Source of the DNA: Octopus vulgaris
Taxonomy: Eukaryota
DNA length: 64,000 nt
Assembly (NCBI GenBank): GCA_951406725.2
Contig: OX597827.1
Coordinates: forward strand, 50,468,001-50,532,000
Direction of reading: 5' to 3'
Positions within the stretch are counted from its first letter, which is position 1. Every line of letters begins with the position of its first letter. Position numbers and translations under genes: made by a program. A model generated the notes under the pieces. The model was not told the DNA's origin, searched no databases, and saw only the letters and a list, made by a program, of their open reading frames with translations. This document shows, in pieces, positions 39,657 to 54,610 of the stretch.

Positions 39657-42590
39657 TTTTCTATTCCTGAGCGTTATACTAATACATCTGTTTGTTTTGT
39701 ACACCACCTGTCTTCGTCTTTTTTTTTTCCGTAAACTCTCCCTATATATATATACTCTTTTACTTGTTTTCGTCGGATTTTCTAAAGGCGTGATGAAGAG
39801 AATTAGAATGAAGTTTTACACAAAGTCTACTCTGGGGAATCCTTACTCCTGGAAGGTCTTTTCTGATTCTGGTGATGGATTGTATTTATTCAACAACAGT
39901 AAGCCACCATCTTCGCATAAATCTTCTTCTACATAGTTTGTAAAGCAAGAAAAGCCGACGACGTTGTACATATGCTTGCATCAGATAGAAAGTATAATGA
40001 TTAAAAAAACGCTTTGAAAACATACTCCGTGCGCGTGATAAATCAGTGTCAGAGTTCATAATTACGTACACACGCATACATGTTCGTTATGGATATACGA
40101 CACCCCTTAAACGCTATCCTTACACACTGCCTACATTTTATCCTTTTATTTGGTTCAACATTTTAATTTTTTATTCTGTAACAGTTTTTCTTTCTTCACA
40201 CAGAATTCCCTTAAACCTCTTGCGACACCCGGGCCGACTGGTCAGCCCAAGAGAGACCGATGAAACGGTTTTGAAGCGTAATAGCCTATCAGGGATCGGC
40301 TTTCAATAAATATAATATAAAACTATATAATATATATAGTTTTACATAGTAATAAATTAGTTTTAGGCACTTTATCCTTTGTTTTCTACATGCTCTCATT
40401 AATTTCAATCTCAACAGGAAAAAAAAACGATGGCCATTTTCGCTACACATACCTAAACACCGTGTATCTCAAATGGTTTAACAGTTCAACCATTACTATA
40501 TCCTCGTTTATTTAGCTCTCTTTTTTTTTTCATTTAAAACAATCTCCCTTTAGCTCATGTCACTAATTTTTGGTTTTATTCAGAACCCTAAGCCATCCTT
40601 TTGAGTGTTAATTTAAACCTACAACATACCCCACTGATTTACCATATACCGAAGAAGAGTGATAGGTTGGACCTAGCGACCTTCTTTGTCTCGATTTTCC
40701 ATTTATTATAAATTTTCATTTGCTTTACTTTTGTGCTTGCCTTATATACCACTACATAACTATGAAGATTTCTGAAACCGAAGTTAGTTAATAATAATTA
40801 ATTGTAATATAATTCACCTTCCCAACTTTCTTCTTTGGGGAATAGTAACTACATGCACAGTGTAGAGTCTTAGTATTCTATTACAATTTGAAATGATAAA
40901 AATCTCATAAGAAAAAGTTAATGATCTAAGAAAGTAAATAAAGTGATGGAAGTAGAATCAATGGTGAAAAAAAAAACTCCTTGTAAAAACATTGCAGTCT
41001 AAAAGAAATTTGAAAAAAATTCTATGAAAACGAAATAATGTGAAGCTATTTGCAATCATTTTTTTTTTTTGAAAAGAAGGAGGGAACATTATAACATTCA
41101 GATGATAACTTGTCTATAAAAGCATATTCTTTGATTATTGGAACGACATGATTTGTAATCAAAGGTACCTAAAAGAGATATCACTCTGCTTTTTTTTATT
41201 TTCACATCAACCACGAAGATTGTTCTAATGAGTCAGTTACGTTGTATTTTGTGGTAAAGGAAACAGTATTTGGCAGCTGAAACACCGCTGTATATTCTAG
41301 GCGCAAACCATTCTACACCAACGACGAAACCTCTGCGACTACATGGTCGCTTAAAATAGCAGCCAAATTTCTCCAAATCATCCCTAACCGTATTAAACAA
41401 AATAAGAACGCACTAGACAATGACATCCTAGCTATTTACAAAAAAGACGATGAGGGATGGAATACTTTTGATTAAAGATCAACTCAAAAAGAAAAAGATA
41501 AATAACAACAAAAATAATATCAATTTGTAGCAACCATAATATCAATTTTGTGTGACCTGAGGTTGTCGAGGAGGCAAGCCTGCTTCCTCTTCGAACCTAA
41601 GCATTTAAACACGCAATGCATAGCGTAGCCATGTCAAACACGAAAAAGAAGGAAATTCGAGCTTACTTGCCCGTTCATCTTTCGAGAGGAATTATTCTCA
41701 GTATTTCTGAGACAAGTTCCCTCCTTCTTTTCTTTCGTACAAAAATGGTTCAACCTAAAATCGTTCACAGACACACTTTAACCTTCGGTCCACAAACATA
41801 TTGACTTTTCTCCGTTTTCTACCGCTAATACACTGGGGCTCCTCGCTAGATTCATGACATCGTCACTCTGACACATTCCCCTGCCCACTCGTGAATCTCT
41901 TCTTTGCATCACCTTTGTTGTATATTCCTTCACTTTGCTCGATCCTTCTTTCCCGAACATCGACTTTCAAGAATTCCCTTCTTGCTCATATTTTTACCGC
42001 AGGTGTTGACCTACAAATATTCAAGAGGAGCAATAATGATATTAATCTCATCCGCCACAAAGCACCTGCAAAGCGTCTTTCATCAAAGCCATCAAAAAGC
42101 CAGAAAAGAGGAAACGAGACAGAAGAACACATTAATGAGAACTGGTGAACAATGAACATTAAGTTTTCAGTTTTACTTCGGTTCGTTACATTTTGTTCTA
42201 ACTTAACAACGTGCTAATAGGGATTTCTACCATAGCCTCAAAGTTAAACATATTTTGAAGGGAGGCAGTCGAGTAAATCTATCCAAGTACTGAACTGATA
42301 CTTTATCGACTCCGTCAAGTTCGAACTGAGAAAGTAAAGGAACGAGCTTATACCGCAAGGCAATCATCTGGTTCGTTGATCGACAGATGCTGTGAACTCA
42401 CTGCTTTTCAATATATTAAATAATATTCTCTAAGTTTGAGAGAGAAACAGTTTGCAGAGCAGCTACAATCGATTATATCGAATCCAGTTCTCGACAATGG
42501 AAGTATGAAAGGAAAAGCTGACTTCAGTGGTATTCGAACTCGGGCTATAAAAAAGACACAACTGAATATTACAAGTTAATTTATTAATAA

Positions 42591-44334
42591 CGCTGTATAA
42601 CAATGGGGAAAAAAAAACGGAAATGCGAATAACCTTTTCTGGGAGTATTTATGTATATAACATCCGTTTCTTTCTGTGACCCTCCAGTTTGTCGTAACTT
42701 ACCATCTTTCTTACATTAATTCACTGGTGGTTCCGTAGGAATAGAGTGCAAACGGGATTGGGCCGAAACTGTTGGCTCTAAAATTTATGAACAGACATCG
42801 ATATAATTTTAAGGGGGTGTTTCTAAGGTACTTGTTAACCTAACCTATGAAAACTATAAAAGTACACTCAATATTTTTATTGCTATATGGGTCCAAATCC
42901 GTAGTGTATCTGACAAGAAACCACACCTCATTGCCCAACCTGAACTCAATGATCTAGTTCGTGATTTAACACTTACTAAGCAACAGTGTGAAGTACTGGC
43001 TTCATGCCTGCAACACTGGAACCTGTTGGATAAAGATGCTCGAATTATAGTACTTAGGAAGCGCTCTGCTGATCTATAGCAATTCTTCACTTTGGAAAAC
43101 AACTCGACTTATTGTAATGATATCAAAGACTTATTCAATGCCCTTGAACTGACCTATGAACCAAATGAGTGGAGGTTATTCTTAGATGCATCCCTTTACA
43201 GCATAAAAGCGAATCTTTTGCACATTGGGAACACCATGCCTTCAGTTCAAGTTGCTCACTCAGTCATTTTAAGAGAGGCATATGAGAACCACGCTTTTAT
43301 TCCAGACCGCATACGTTACAAGAAGCATGACTGGCTAATTCGTGCGGACTTGAAAGAAGTAGCCCTACTTAATGGGCTACAAACTGAATACACCAAGTTT
43401 ATATGCTTCCTTTTACAAGTGGGACAGTTGGGCCAGACCAGAACATTATGTACGTTCAGAATAGCCACCTCGGGAAACTACGACATCTGGATGCCATAAT
43501 GTAAGTCATGAGTCACTAGTTAAGGAGAAAATCATTTTGTCACGACTGCATATAAAACTAGGCCTAATGAAGCAATTTACCAAAGCACTGCAACATAACA
43601 AGCCATGTTTCCTGTACCTCAAGGAAATCTTCCCTAAAATAAGTGATGCCAAGATTAAAGAGGGCATATTCGTAGGCCCTCAGATTCGTCAACTTATAGC
43701 TGATGAGAACTTCGAAGCGACAATGGATGGAACTAAGCTAGCAGCCTGGCATGCATTCAAAGATGTATGCAAAGGACTTCTGTGAAAGCACCAAGTGGCC
43801 CAGCTAGGAAGTATAGTGGAGAGCCAAATAAAGTGCTACCAAGATCTCGGATGCACTGAAGATACACTTTCTTCATTCCCATCTGTTCCTCTTCTCAGAG
43901 AATGCAGATGTGAGTGATGAACATGGAGAGAGGTTCCATCAAGATATAGCGCCAATGGAAAACAGGTATAAGTGAAAATGGAGCCCAGCTATTCTGGCTG
44001 ACTTCTCCTGGAACCTGAAGCGTGACACACTTTAGACGTCTTATAAACGAAGTAAATACTAAAATGTAGGTTAATACATTATACCATGCTAAAAAACATA
44101 CTGATTCATTATATATTTATGAATTAATTACAATTGACATATTTAATTTAACTTTGAGAGCAAAATACATTTATAATATCGTGGAAATCGGTGTAAATTG
44201 CCGGTAATTTACAAGAAAATGTGACATGATAGGAAATTTTTGTTATAAAATTAGAATTTAACACAATCAATTTCATAATAAGATGTACATAGGAACTATG
44301 ATTTTTTCTTGATCCTGAAATTTGTTGTACAGTG
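42591..44334 (+). mobile_element. Chapaev3-type (CMC superfamily) DNA transposon fossil
   Basis: TIRs CGCTGTATAACAA / TTGTTGTACAGTG, 3-bp TAA TSD; transposase motifs EWRLFLDAS, LHIKLGLMKQFTKAL, KIKEGIFVGPQIR, VSDEHGERFHQDI with stops and frameshifts. Confidence 0.9.
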
Positions 44335-45183
44335 TAATTCTTCCTCCCTTTCACTCGAACTACAAGAAAATGGCAGTAAAAAGTCTCTGAAGGTTTATAT
44401 TAGCATCTGTTAGAATTAGAGAACGCATTAAGTAGCGAGGTTCTAAGCAAATTATGTTTGAAAAGAAAATACAAAGTGATGAGATAATCTCAGCAAAAAT
44501 CCATTTGATCAAGGGGTCTTAAACAACAACAATGACAACACCAATCAAAACAAGTGCGGCATTGTTTACAGTGTTAGTCTAATTGAATGAACCAAGTCCA
44601 ATACATCATTACAAAGAAACAGGTATAATCGATATGTTGGTCAGGTCTGAAAGAAAAGTTAATAAAATTATAGTGATTTCCTTTAATATTAAAGATAAAG
44701 GCGAATGACACGTACATCAGGCTGGTTCGATTTTTCTTTCTGTGGCAAATAAGTCTCGAAGTCAATGTTGGTTGTTGCCGAGTTATTCGATGTTGATTAA
44801 TAAATCTCTGTAACACGTCAATATTCTTTTAACTTAAATTATGTCCCATATCTCCACATACTCGTTTTGCCCATTCTACTCGATCTGATAAATAGCTATT
44901 AGAAATCATTTTTGAAAATACAAGTCGAAATAGAGAACATAAACAGAGAACTTGGATATTACTGTTGTACAGTAATGTCATTAAAACAGGTTAAAGAACT
45001 GGAAAACTTCGATTAGCTGAGATACATGCAATTAGTTGACATATACATAGCAGGGCAAGTTTAGTTGTAACCTCTGTAGATTGAAAGAAAAATGATAAAC
45101 AGCCTTAACTGATTTTCAGATTTTATTGGGTTCTCATCAGAGGTATCATCAACTGACCAACCCCAGAGAAGTAAACAGCCAGT

Positions 45184-45549
45184 GATGGAAGCACTCCGTC
45201 GGTTACGACGATGAGGGTTCCGATTGATCCGATCAACGGAACAGCCTACTCGTGAAATTAACGTGTAAGTGGCTGAGCACTCCACAGACACGTGTACCCT
45301 TAACGTAGTTCTCGGGGATATTCAGCGTGACACAGAGAGTGATAAGGCCGGCCCTTTGAAATACAGGTACAACAGAAACAGAAAGTAAGAGTGAGAGAAA
45401 GTTGTGGTGAAAGAGTACAGCAGGGATCACCACTATCCCTGCCGGAGACTCGTGGAGCTTTAGGTGTTTTCGCTCAATAAACACTCACAACGCCCGATCC
45501 TACGACCGCGAGTCCGCTGCCCTAACCACTGGGCCATTGCGCCTCCACC
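45184..45549 (-). mobile_element. tRNA-derived SINE family A, tail type 2
   Basis: Exact 11-bp TSD AAACAGCCAGT (45173-45183 / 45550-45560); same head as 86-396, B-box segment deleted, unrelated 3' half. Confidence 0.9.
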
Positions 45550-46849
45550 AAACAGCCAGTATATTTAGATACTCAACAAATTTAGCAGCTACAGAAAACT
45601 GGAACTACTTACATGCACACCGTTATTTACTATCTCAGTCCACACAGTGACAAGGCATGAGATGATAAATGTAACCGGTAGATATATAAACAGGGCAAAT
45701 TTAACTATTTCTCTGTAGACTGAAAAATATGATGACGAGTTTAAATCGATTTGTGAACGTTATTGTGTTCTCAGCATTTAACGTCTAGAAACACCAGACA
45801 AAGAAAATAACTCCAATACGATCAATAGTTTGGAAAATAAAGAAACTACAATATGGGAGAAGGTCTAGTTAGCGTTAACAATGAACATATTTCAGTCGTA
45901 TTAGACATCCTCAGCGAAACATTTTCAACTCAATTGGTAACAGAGAATAATTTAACTATGTTTGGAAAGATGCTTTCACGTATTACACATTCTGTTTAAC
46001 ATGAATGAAGACTATATTTCGAATTTCCTGCTCCTGAATTTAATATGGTTGTCAATATAATAGTAACTGGTTGATTCTTCTTATAACTTAGGAAATAATT
46101 TGCATAGCTTAGGTTTTAGAGTTACTTAAATATCATTGTATAGTTTTATTTCATTACCCAGGTCGAGACTTAAAATTTGTAAGAATTTAATATAATGTGT
46201 ATTTTTCACAAAACAACCGATGATATACAAAACTGAATTTAACTTTTATTATAAATGAGATATACTCAAGTACATCGAGCTTATGTTTCAGCATAACAAA
46301 GCTGCTTTTTCGTTATTTTTCACCCTTTTCACTTTCTGCGTGTTATATTTCATTGCTGGTGACATTGAAGGCTCTCAAGTTTATTTTGACTTTTCCTCGA
46401 CGTTGATACGATGCCACATATCTCCTTTCATTGTCATCAGATCATTCAAACTACGCCTCCTCAGTGATGTGATTATTTTGGTCTTATATTTTCCAGTCCG
46501 GTCACGTGGCTTATCTCGTTATGCTACAATTTATGGATCTATTTTTGTTGCTGACATAGTTCTATATTCTTTTAATTTTGTTCCAGTTGTTTTCAAATAT
46601 GGTGTGCTGATGTAGTTTTATACACTAATTATGGAAATGAAATTCATTTTTGCTATAAATTAATTAATAAAAAGTTGCTAGCGTTTCAAATTTTGGGTAA
46701 TTTATACCAATCGAAAGCCACAAACACATAGATACCTGTTTCCACAGTAACAGCTGTTGTCTGCTGAAAACCTCTACAACCGCTTGTATATTCTTTACCT
46801 GTCAATTTTCTTTGACGTTTGGACTACCTCATTTTTGTCATTGAAGAAC

Positions 46850-47370
46850 CGGGAATGAATCAACTGCACAGCAGTGGATTACGAAGCTATGTTCTTGAAA
46901 TATGTGCGGAGAACCTGCTCTGCAACCCAGTTCACATAGGCGGTCCTGGGAAAATTATTGAGTTAGACGAAACAGTCTTCTCAAGACCGTGGATGGATGC
47001 TTTCTACCTGAACAGTGAGTTTTCTATGGATTGTGTTGCGAAATCAGGAATGTTTCTCTTTATGCGGTGCAACGTCGAAATCACGAGACACTAGAGAATG
47101 TATACGTCAGTCGGTTCTTCCAGGAACCGCAACTTTCCATGATTAGTGGATGTCCTACTTGATGGTTGTAATTTACGACATAGGACAGTGAACCACGTTA
47201 AGTTTAACTAGAAAGATAGCACCCACATGTAACAATTGAAAAAAGCACATGGGCCTTTGTAAAACGAGGGGATACATGATGTTGTGGGGCCCACCGTTTT
47301 ATGGCGAGTTTATGTAACGCAGGAGATACGAAAATTGTAATTTCTTTAAGAAACTCATCGGGTGTATATT
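46850..47370 (+). mobile_element. Merlin (IS1016/ISXO2-like) transposase fossil
   Basis: HIGGPGKIIELDETVFSR motif, then SVLPGT...D.W.SY and HRTVNH remnants; termini not found. Confidence 0.75.
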
Positions 47371-47897
47371 AATCTCCGTTTTTGAATTCTCGCAACAAAA
47401 AGAAAGTATTAATTGTTATCGTCGTAACGTTTTGATTTTATTTTCATTAATAAAAATTCGTCGTTATGTTCTACATGATTGATAGCTATCACGCGGAAAA
47501 TGCCAACTTCCAAATCCTGTTTTCTGATTGGGTAAAAATGATCAAAATTTACTGTTCTACACATATTCCCAAAGTTTTTTTGAAACAAGTGAAAAATAAA
47601 ATGAGATTCTGTGTAAAGAATTACATCAATATAAAAAATTTGAAAATTTTCACTTAATTTGAAAGCATCAAAATCAGTGACAGCAGCAGAAAAAATCCCA
47701 ACTTATAGCGTTAAAAAACTGGTAACTTTAAAAATCCGTGTCAATTTTCTATTTAAGTCCATTTCACCCAAGCTACAATTGGCAATAAACTCTCTTCTCG
47801 CGATACATCTTCCTATGTATGCATACACTACCTCAATATATTCTCGTCTCATTCTGGTGATGATAGTCTGTTTGAAGAAAGCAGTTTTCTGCATTTG

Positions 47898-47932
<35 letters not shown>

Positions 47933-48029
47933 CGTGTGTCTGTTTATCTGTGTGTTTGACTGTGTGTGTGTGTGTGTGTGTGTATACTTATAAGCATGTA
48001 TGTACATCATGTACATAATATCTTATCTT

Positions 48030-48305
48030 TTTCTCGTTTCAGTCATTAAACTCCGGCCACGCTGGGGCACCGACTTGAAGGGTTTTATTGGTACAAATTA
48101 CCCCCAGTACTTTTTTAAAGTCTGGTACTGAGGTACTAATTGTATCAATCTCTTTGTCCGAACAGCTGAACAAATCGGTTGTAAAACGGATGATGGGGGA
48201 CAAACATGGTTGACACGAGAATAGGATAAAAAAAAATCCTGCCCATGATGGCGCGCTATGGGACTGAACCCAAAACCGTAGGTTGCAAAGCGAGCTTATG
48301 AATAC
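48030..48305 (-). mobile_element. SINE family C, diverged and deleted
   Basis: GGGTTCAGTCCCATAGCG...CGGTGCCCCAGCGTGGCC...AATGACTGAAAC on the minus strand. Confidence 0.7.
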
Positions 48306-48995
48306 ACGCACATACACACACACACGTTTTGGTAGCATCATAATCTGTGTTCGTTTCATAAGGTAAGTTGGAAATCTTTGGACCTGGCCGGGACCATTCT
48401 TTATATGTTAGACAATAGCAAATTGCTACTAAAAGACAATCAGACAGACAGCATGAGAAGAATCGACTCTTCTACAAGATTGGTACTGTGTTCATCAGCC
48501 CTAAAATGTAAGACGGCCTGTTTTATAAGACAGCTTTGCAGCAAGGTTTAGTCATGCGGAGCGGATTCCTAGGTGTCTTCAACTATTGCCACGTACCAAC
48601 TAACGCCTTGTGAATTCATTTGGTACGTGAAAACTGTGAGAAAACATGGTGTGTATATAAAAACACTAGCATGTGCCGTTTATCTTTGCAGTTGAATAAA
48701 ATTTGGCTAATAACCTTGATGTATGCTATCTATGCAACCTCATCCACAGTTATTGGCTACAGAATGACATCATATAGTGGGAACATATTTGTTACTGGAA
48801 ATACATCAGGAATTGCACAGTACCCGTCGAGTTTATATAATAAGATGACTAAGAGAAAATGGACTGAATGACATTCTTTATTTCAAATCACATTTGTTTC
48901 CACACATCGTCACACTCGTAGTACTTACGGTTAGTTCTTATTCGTAAGATGTATTCAAAATAATCACCTGAAGAAACACATCTTAAACATTTGAT

Positions 48996-49423
48996 CGATC
49001 TTTTCGGTTTGAACGACAGTTTTTAACATAATTTCTAGGTAACTAAAAAATTTTAAACTTCGTATACTGGTAGAATGTGTTTATAAAACATCTTTTTATC
49101 TTGGCTTTATTGAGAAAATTCTATAGTTTGTAAGATATTTGTTGTTTTTTTTTCTTCAATTTCTGCAATTTCAACCAATCAGTGACGTCTATTGAGTTAA
49201 AAAGCATTCTGTGCCGTATGAATATGTCCCTCGTTTAAGAAACAGATTGGGTTTATTTACATTTGTGAAGAAAAAAAAGATACCCTTCCCCCACCCCTAA
49301 CCCTAACTAACCCTAACCCTAAAAGAGATTGAAATGCAATAGATCGATTCTAGGGTCATAATTATGGGTGACAATTTTATATGACACCGCTAGAAAAAAC
49401 TGCCGTTCAAACCGAAAAGATCC
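48996..49423 (-). mobile_element. TTAGGG-containing TIR element, copy 4 (reverse orientation)
   Basis: Same TIRs; CCCTAA repeats at ~49295-49322; flanks CATTTGAT / CATTTGGT. Confidence 0.92.
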
Positions 49424-49613
49424 CATTTGGTGGATGATAGTGTTTACACAAATTGCTAATTATATTGTCCCACCAATATACTATGGGTGTAAAGATGAGT
49501 GGAAACAATTGTAATGGTTTTTAAATAAAGAATGTCGTTTAGTTTCTTTTATTCATTTCTCCAGATGAGTATGTATATATGTGTGTCTGTATGTATGTAC
49601 GTATGTATGTATA

Positions 49614-49836
49614 TAGTAATCCCTCGACTATCGCGGGTGTTACTTTCCAAAAACCCGTGAGATAGGTGAAAATCCGCGAAGTAGAAAAAGTAGTGTACTG
49701 TATATTTTGTTTTTAATATTTTATAATTTTTATATCTTTATTTTATTATAAATGTAAAACAACACCACGGAGGAATCGACGTAAGCTTAAATAATAAACC
49801 GCGATGGGTGAACCGCGATATGGCGAGGGATTACTG
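49614..49836. mobile_element. pogo/Tigger-like MITE
   Basis: TIRs (T/C)AGTAATCCCTCG...ATCGCGG / CCGCGAT...CGAGGGATTACTG, TA flanks. Confidence 0.85.
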
Positions 49837-51877
49837 TATACAGTGTTCAGTTTAACAAATAATAATGTCATGCGCTAAATTTAAGCTAAAAGTGTAACAG
49901 AATTTGCATATGCGATCTCTCTTAAAGGTACTTCTTGACATGTGGTTGCGTAATTAGCTTCCCCTGCTAATATATGTCCTATGTAATAAGGAGAACATTT
50001 ATTTTGGGCTTTTAAATAAATTATGAAGTTAAATACAAATAATATTTGATGTATCGGCAAAAACATTATTTAAATGCACTCGAAAACATATTAAAGTCAG
50101 AGCCTTTTTCTCTAGAAAAAAGTAATGTGTTATGATGATATGCGTATGGTCTTGCTCTATCAGTGGAGGCGCATATGTATTTATTTTAAAAGAGTGCACT
50201 AAGAGAATTTCTACTTAGGTAAGAATAAAGAAATGAGTTTCATTTACTTTCCATCCTCCTTCTTTTACATTTTTCTGTTGTTCTTTTTAAGTCTAATTTT
50301 TACACGTGCAGAACAGTGCAGAGGAGTTACAGTCATGAATAAAAGGCTGGGGAAGTCTTTGTTCCTGCCCTTTAAGTTCTGAGTTCAAATCACACGAAGG
50401 ACATCTTTAGCTGTCCTCCTTCGAGGGTCGATAAAATATAGTACTGGTCAAGTACTAAAATTTACTTACCCCTCCCCACAAATGTATTTTAGAAAAATTG
50501 ACATGTATGACAATCAGCTTTAAGTATTGCTTGACACGAAGTATTTAAGGATTTCCGAAAATCCTTTGTTTGTTTGATTTCTCCACAGAAGTCACCTTTT
50601 TCATTTATTTATTGACTCAGTTGTTTTGTAAATCCAATTAGTCTTTTTCATAGTTTCATAACGTAGAAGTAGGATCTTATTTATTCTCTGCTATTCTATT
50701 ATGCTTTATTAAAAACAAACAAAACAAATTTTTGTAGCCTTCAACCTAGCAACCACAATAATGATAAAGAAATTTAAATATATATTAAACACACTGTAAA
50801 CTGCAAAAAGAACCACAAGAAACCACAAAAGAAGGCCTCAAATTATAAATATAAAACTTAATAAAAAGATGACAAAAAATGCATTTGCGTTAAATTAACA
50901 TATTTAACGCTATATCTCCCGAAATCGCTATCAACCTCTTGCAGAAACCTAGGACTTCAAAGCACCCAGTTGGGAAATGCAGGACCAACGCCTACGACTG
51001 ATTCCTTTCTAAAATAGGTATATTGTATCTACGATATAAACAGGATTTTCTAACACATTATCTTTAATTTTATTTTTCATAGTTGTAGTTAAGAAAAAAA
51101 TATTGCACACATCATGGGTGAAATATTTGTGGATTGTTTAGTGTAGTAGTTGGTGATCATTGATATAATAGGCAAAGAATAAACAATATCTGAAAACGAT
51201 ATAGGTACAGAAAAGGAAGTGTTAACTGATGACCAGGCAGTATACAAACAAATTTAATCAACAGACTGATAGCAAATATCTCAATTTCCGTTGTTCGACT
51301 ACCAAATCTCGCAACTGAAGTAGTGAGTTCCATGAACGTCATATCTAAGTATATCGTAACGCTTTATTGTTACTCTCTCTCTCTCTCCCTATATATATAT
51401 ATATATAATGTTGATAGGTAGGGTAAAATTCTAGTTGTGCATATATACATATATATAGATATAATGTATAATATTAGAAGGTATTAATATAAGATATATG
51501 CTTTCTCTTGAACAATTTATTTGAAAGTAAGTTTTTCATGAGAATATCAGTAATTTTTTTTTAAGGAATTAGAAAACGTAGTTTCTTAAAAGTCAGCAAT
51601 TCTGAAAAACAAACCGTGTTTTAGTTGTTTCAGTAAACAGAGCAATAATGCATATAGAGTTTATTTGAGTGCTGTGGATCGGTTTAGAGTGCATACAATT
51701 TTAAATCATGCTTTAATTATTTCGCTAACATCAGCACTGTTCCTACAATTACTTTCTGTCAGCAATCATTGAACAAATATGATATATCATTAGATTATTA
51801 AAAATTCAAGTTGATACTCCATATTTTCATCGGTTATTATTTTCTGTAATTTTCGACGAACATATAATACACACACA

Positions 51878-51983
<106 letters not shown>

Positions 51984-52044
51984 TGAATTAAATATATATT
52001 GTATATATATATAATATATATCATATATATATTGTTTTAAAGTT

Positions 52045-52400
52045 AGGTCCCGTTATATTCTATGAAATTCATCACCTAATCAATTTTCTAGACATCCTAC
52101 TGAGACCCTTGCTGAAATACATCAAAAGTTTTAATAGAGATAGTATAGATATGCATAATCACCTATCAAAAACAACTAACAAAGAGACATTATTGGTTTC
52201 CTTCGATGTCATTAATCTTTACACCAATATCCCTCTCCCGCGTGACTAATGAATAGAAGCAATCAAATCCTGGTTGAAAAAGTACAATGAAGAACTACCA
52301 GAACGCGTTAACCAGGATTTTATCATTGAAATTTCGAAATTCAAACTTCAGAACAATTATTTCTTATTTGATGACACCTACTATCGGCAAAAATGAGTAA
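52045..52400 (+). mobile_element. Penelope-like RT fragment
   Basis: LDILLRPLLKYIKSF.RDS, LVSFDVINLYTNIP, LQNNYFLFDDTYYRQK. Confidence 0.85.
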
Positions 52401-53003
52401 CCTGAATAATAATAATAATAATAATAATAACATCGAAAAATACCTTAGGAATGAGAATTCGTCGCATACCTGTGATAAAAATAAGAAGTAGAGATAGATA
52501 AATAAAAATAAATAAATTTATATAAAGGTCATAGATACAAACACCATAAGAAGCGAACCCATATACACACACAAATATACACATACAAATATACACACAA
52601 TAAATTCATAGATAGCTGCAACAATATCAACAACACGACTGACAACGACAGGGGCAGCGGTAGTGACAACGATGGCAATAACAACAACTACCACGATGGC
52701 AACACCGTGGACGAACACACAAACACAGAGAGATACAGGAACTGTACCAAATTTTTGGGTCCTAGGACAGCGGCAGCACGACGGGTTGTGATGATCGGGC
52801 CGAGGGGAAGACAATAATGCTTCTAAGAGCAATGACAGACACACACAAGCATACACGCATAAACACACATGCACACACACACACATACGCGCGCTCGCAC
52901 GCGCACACACACACACGGACGCAAACGCATGCACACATAAGGATACACATATTAGAAGAGCAGAATGGAGTAATTGGAGCAAGAGCATACACGAAAACGA
53001 AAT

Positions 53004-53045
53004 GTTGCTGAAGAGGTCACAGATGTGTAACGAAAGATTTCCGGA
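53004..53045 (+). ncRNA. degenerate hammerhead-like motif related to the 8080-8122 copy
   Basis: CTGAAGA G GTCACA ga TGTGTAAC GAAA GATT TC. Confidence 0.45.
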
Positions 53046-53146
53046 CAATGGACATGAGTTAAAATAAGAACAGTAATAATCGAGTAAAGAACAAATATAT
53101 AGTGCGTGTGTTTATTTGGCAAAAAAAAAAACCACCGTCCCGAAAT

Positions 53147-53185
<39 letters not shown>

Positions 53186-54462
53186 AAAATGAGAAAATAG
53201 AGGGATAATTAAAAAAATATTATTCATTAATTAAAAAATTGACAAGCATCCCTTACGGCTGTTTCAGTTCAGATCCTCAGAAAATTAATTAATTAAATTA
53301 AAAATTATTTGAAAATCGAATCCCTTCAGAGGCAGATAAAGATATACAAAACAGGTATTCAATTTCCTCATGTTGAATAAACGGCTGCAAACCGTTTACT
53401 GATAAAATTTATGCATAAATAACATAGTGTACAAATGGTAGATCTCTTAGAAGGGGAGTAAGATTGTTTATAATGGAGTAGTAAAACAATATTTTCATCT
53501 GGAGCGTTAATTATAAGAAAGCTCAAGTAGATGTAATTGGTAAAAGTGTGATATTGTGCTATAATATCTATTCTTATTAAACCAATATAAACTTAATATG
53601 TAGAGTTTAATTCAAATGTGTGTAGTTGCTAATATATAATTAAAGTTGAAGATATTCAGGCAGTCTATTACATATTATAAATATCGAAATAATTAAAAGA
53701 CCAATATGAATATTGACTTGATGTTAGGATACATAAAAATTATAAATGGAAATAAATAAATCAAAATAAATACATCAAAATAGATAGAGTAAAGAGTGAA
53801 AACAGACAGAAAGAGAAAAATAAATAAATGAATAAAGAGTAATAGATTATTACGTATCACCCCTTAAAAATTTATTAGTGAGCTAGACTAATAAAGATAA
53901 AGAACTATTGAGCAAACTTTACTTTAAAGATTTCAGATATGCAGCGTTTGTATAGTGAAATACCGGGTGTAAATATGTTAAGTTGCTACGGTACGGAGAT
54001 ATGATATTTAACATGAATAAATAAATACAAAAATAGGAATTAAATGGAATAAAAATATGCTAATAAAAGTGATAATGAGGGCTTAAATATGGGTCAATTC
54101 AACAAGTTAGATTAAAATTTACTAATAAAAATATATAAATAGTTAAATATAAATCTCAAAAACCGGAAGTAAATATTCATATAGAGGTGAATGGCTAAAG
54201 AAAATCTAGGAATAATCTAATTTAGGGACATACCAAAGCGAAAACAGGTAAAACTAAATAATTATTTTCTCATATTATTATTATTATTATTATAAATTAA
54301 TACATATAAACTCCGGTTTATATAGTTACCTTGCCGTTGAGTATTCAATAGGATTTTGCTATCCCTGAATGAGGTTTGTAGCTTTTAATTGTGGTTATAT
54401 ATATATACATACATACATACATACATACATACATACATACATACATACATACATACATACAT

Positions 54463-54500
<38 letters not shown>

Positions 54501-54610
54501 GGGACAGTGTATAATTTCTTTTTAAAAATATCCCTTCATGAAACTAATGTCTACATTATTATTTTTTCTGTGACCTATTTATTTTATTTTCAATATTATT
54601 TGCGTTGTCA

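Noticed and set aside
44950-45830. Weak tandem similarity on either side of the SINE-A insertion (CAGGGCAA...CTCTGTAGA)
   Set aside because: Too diverged to define by eye; needs a dot-plot.
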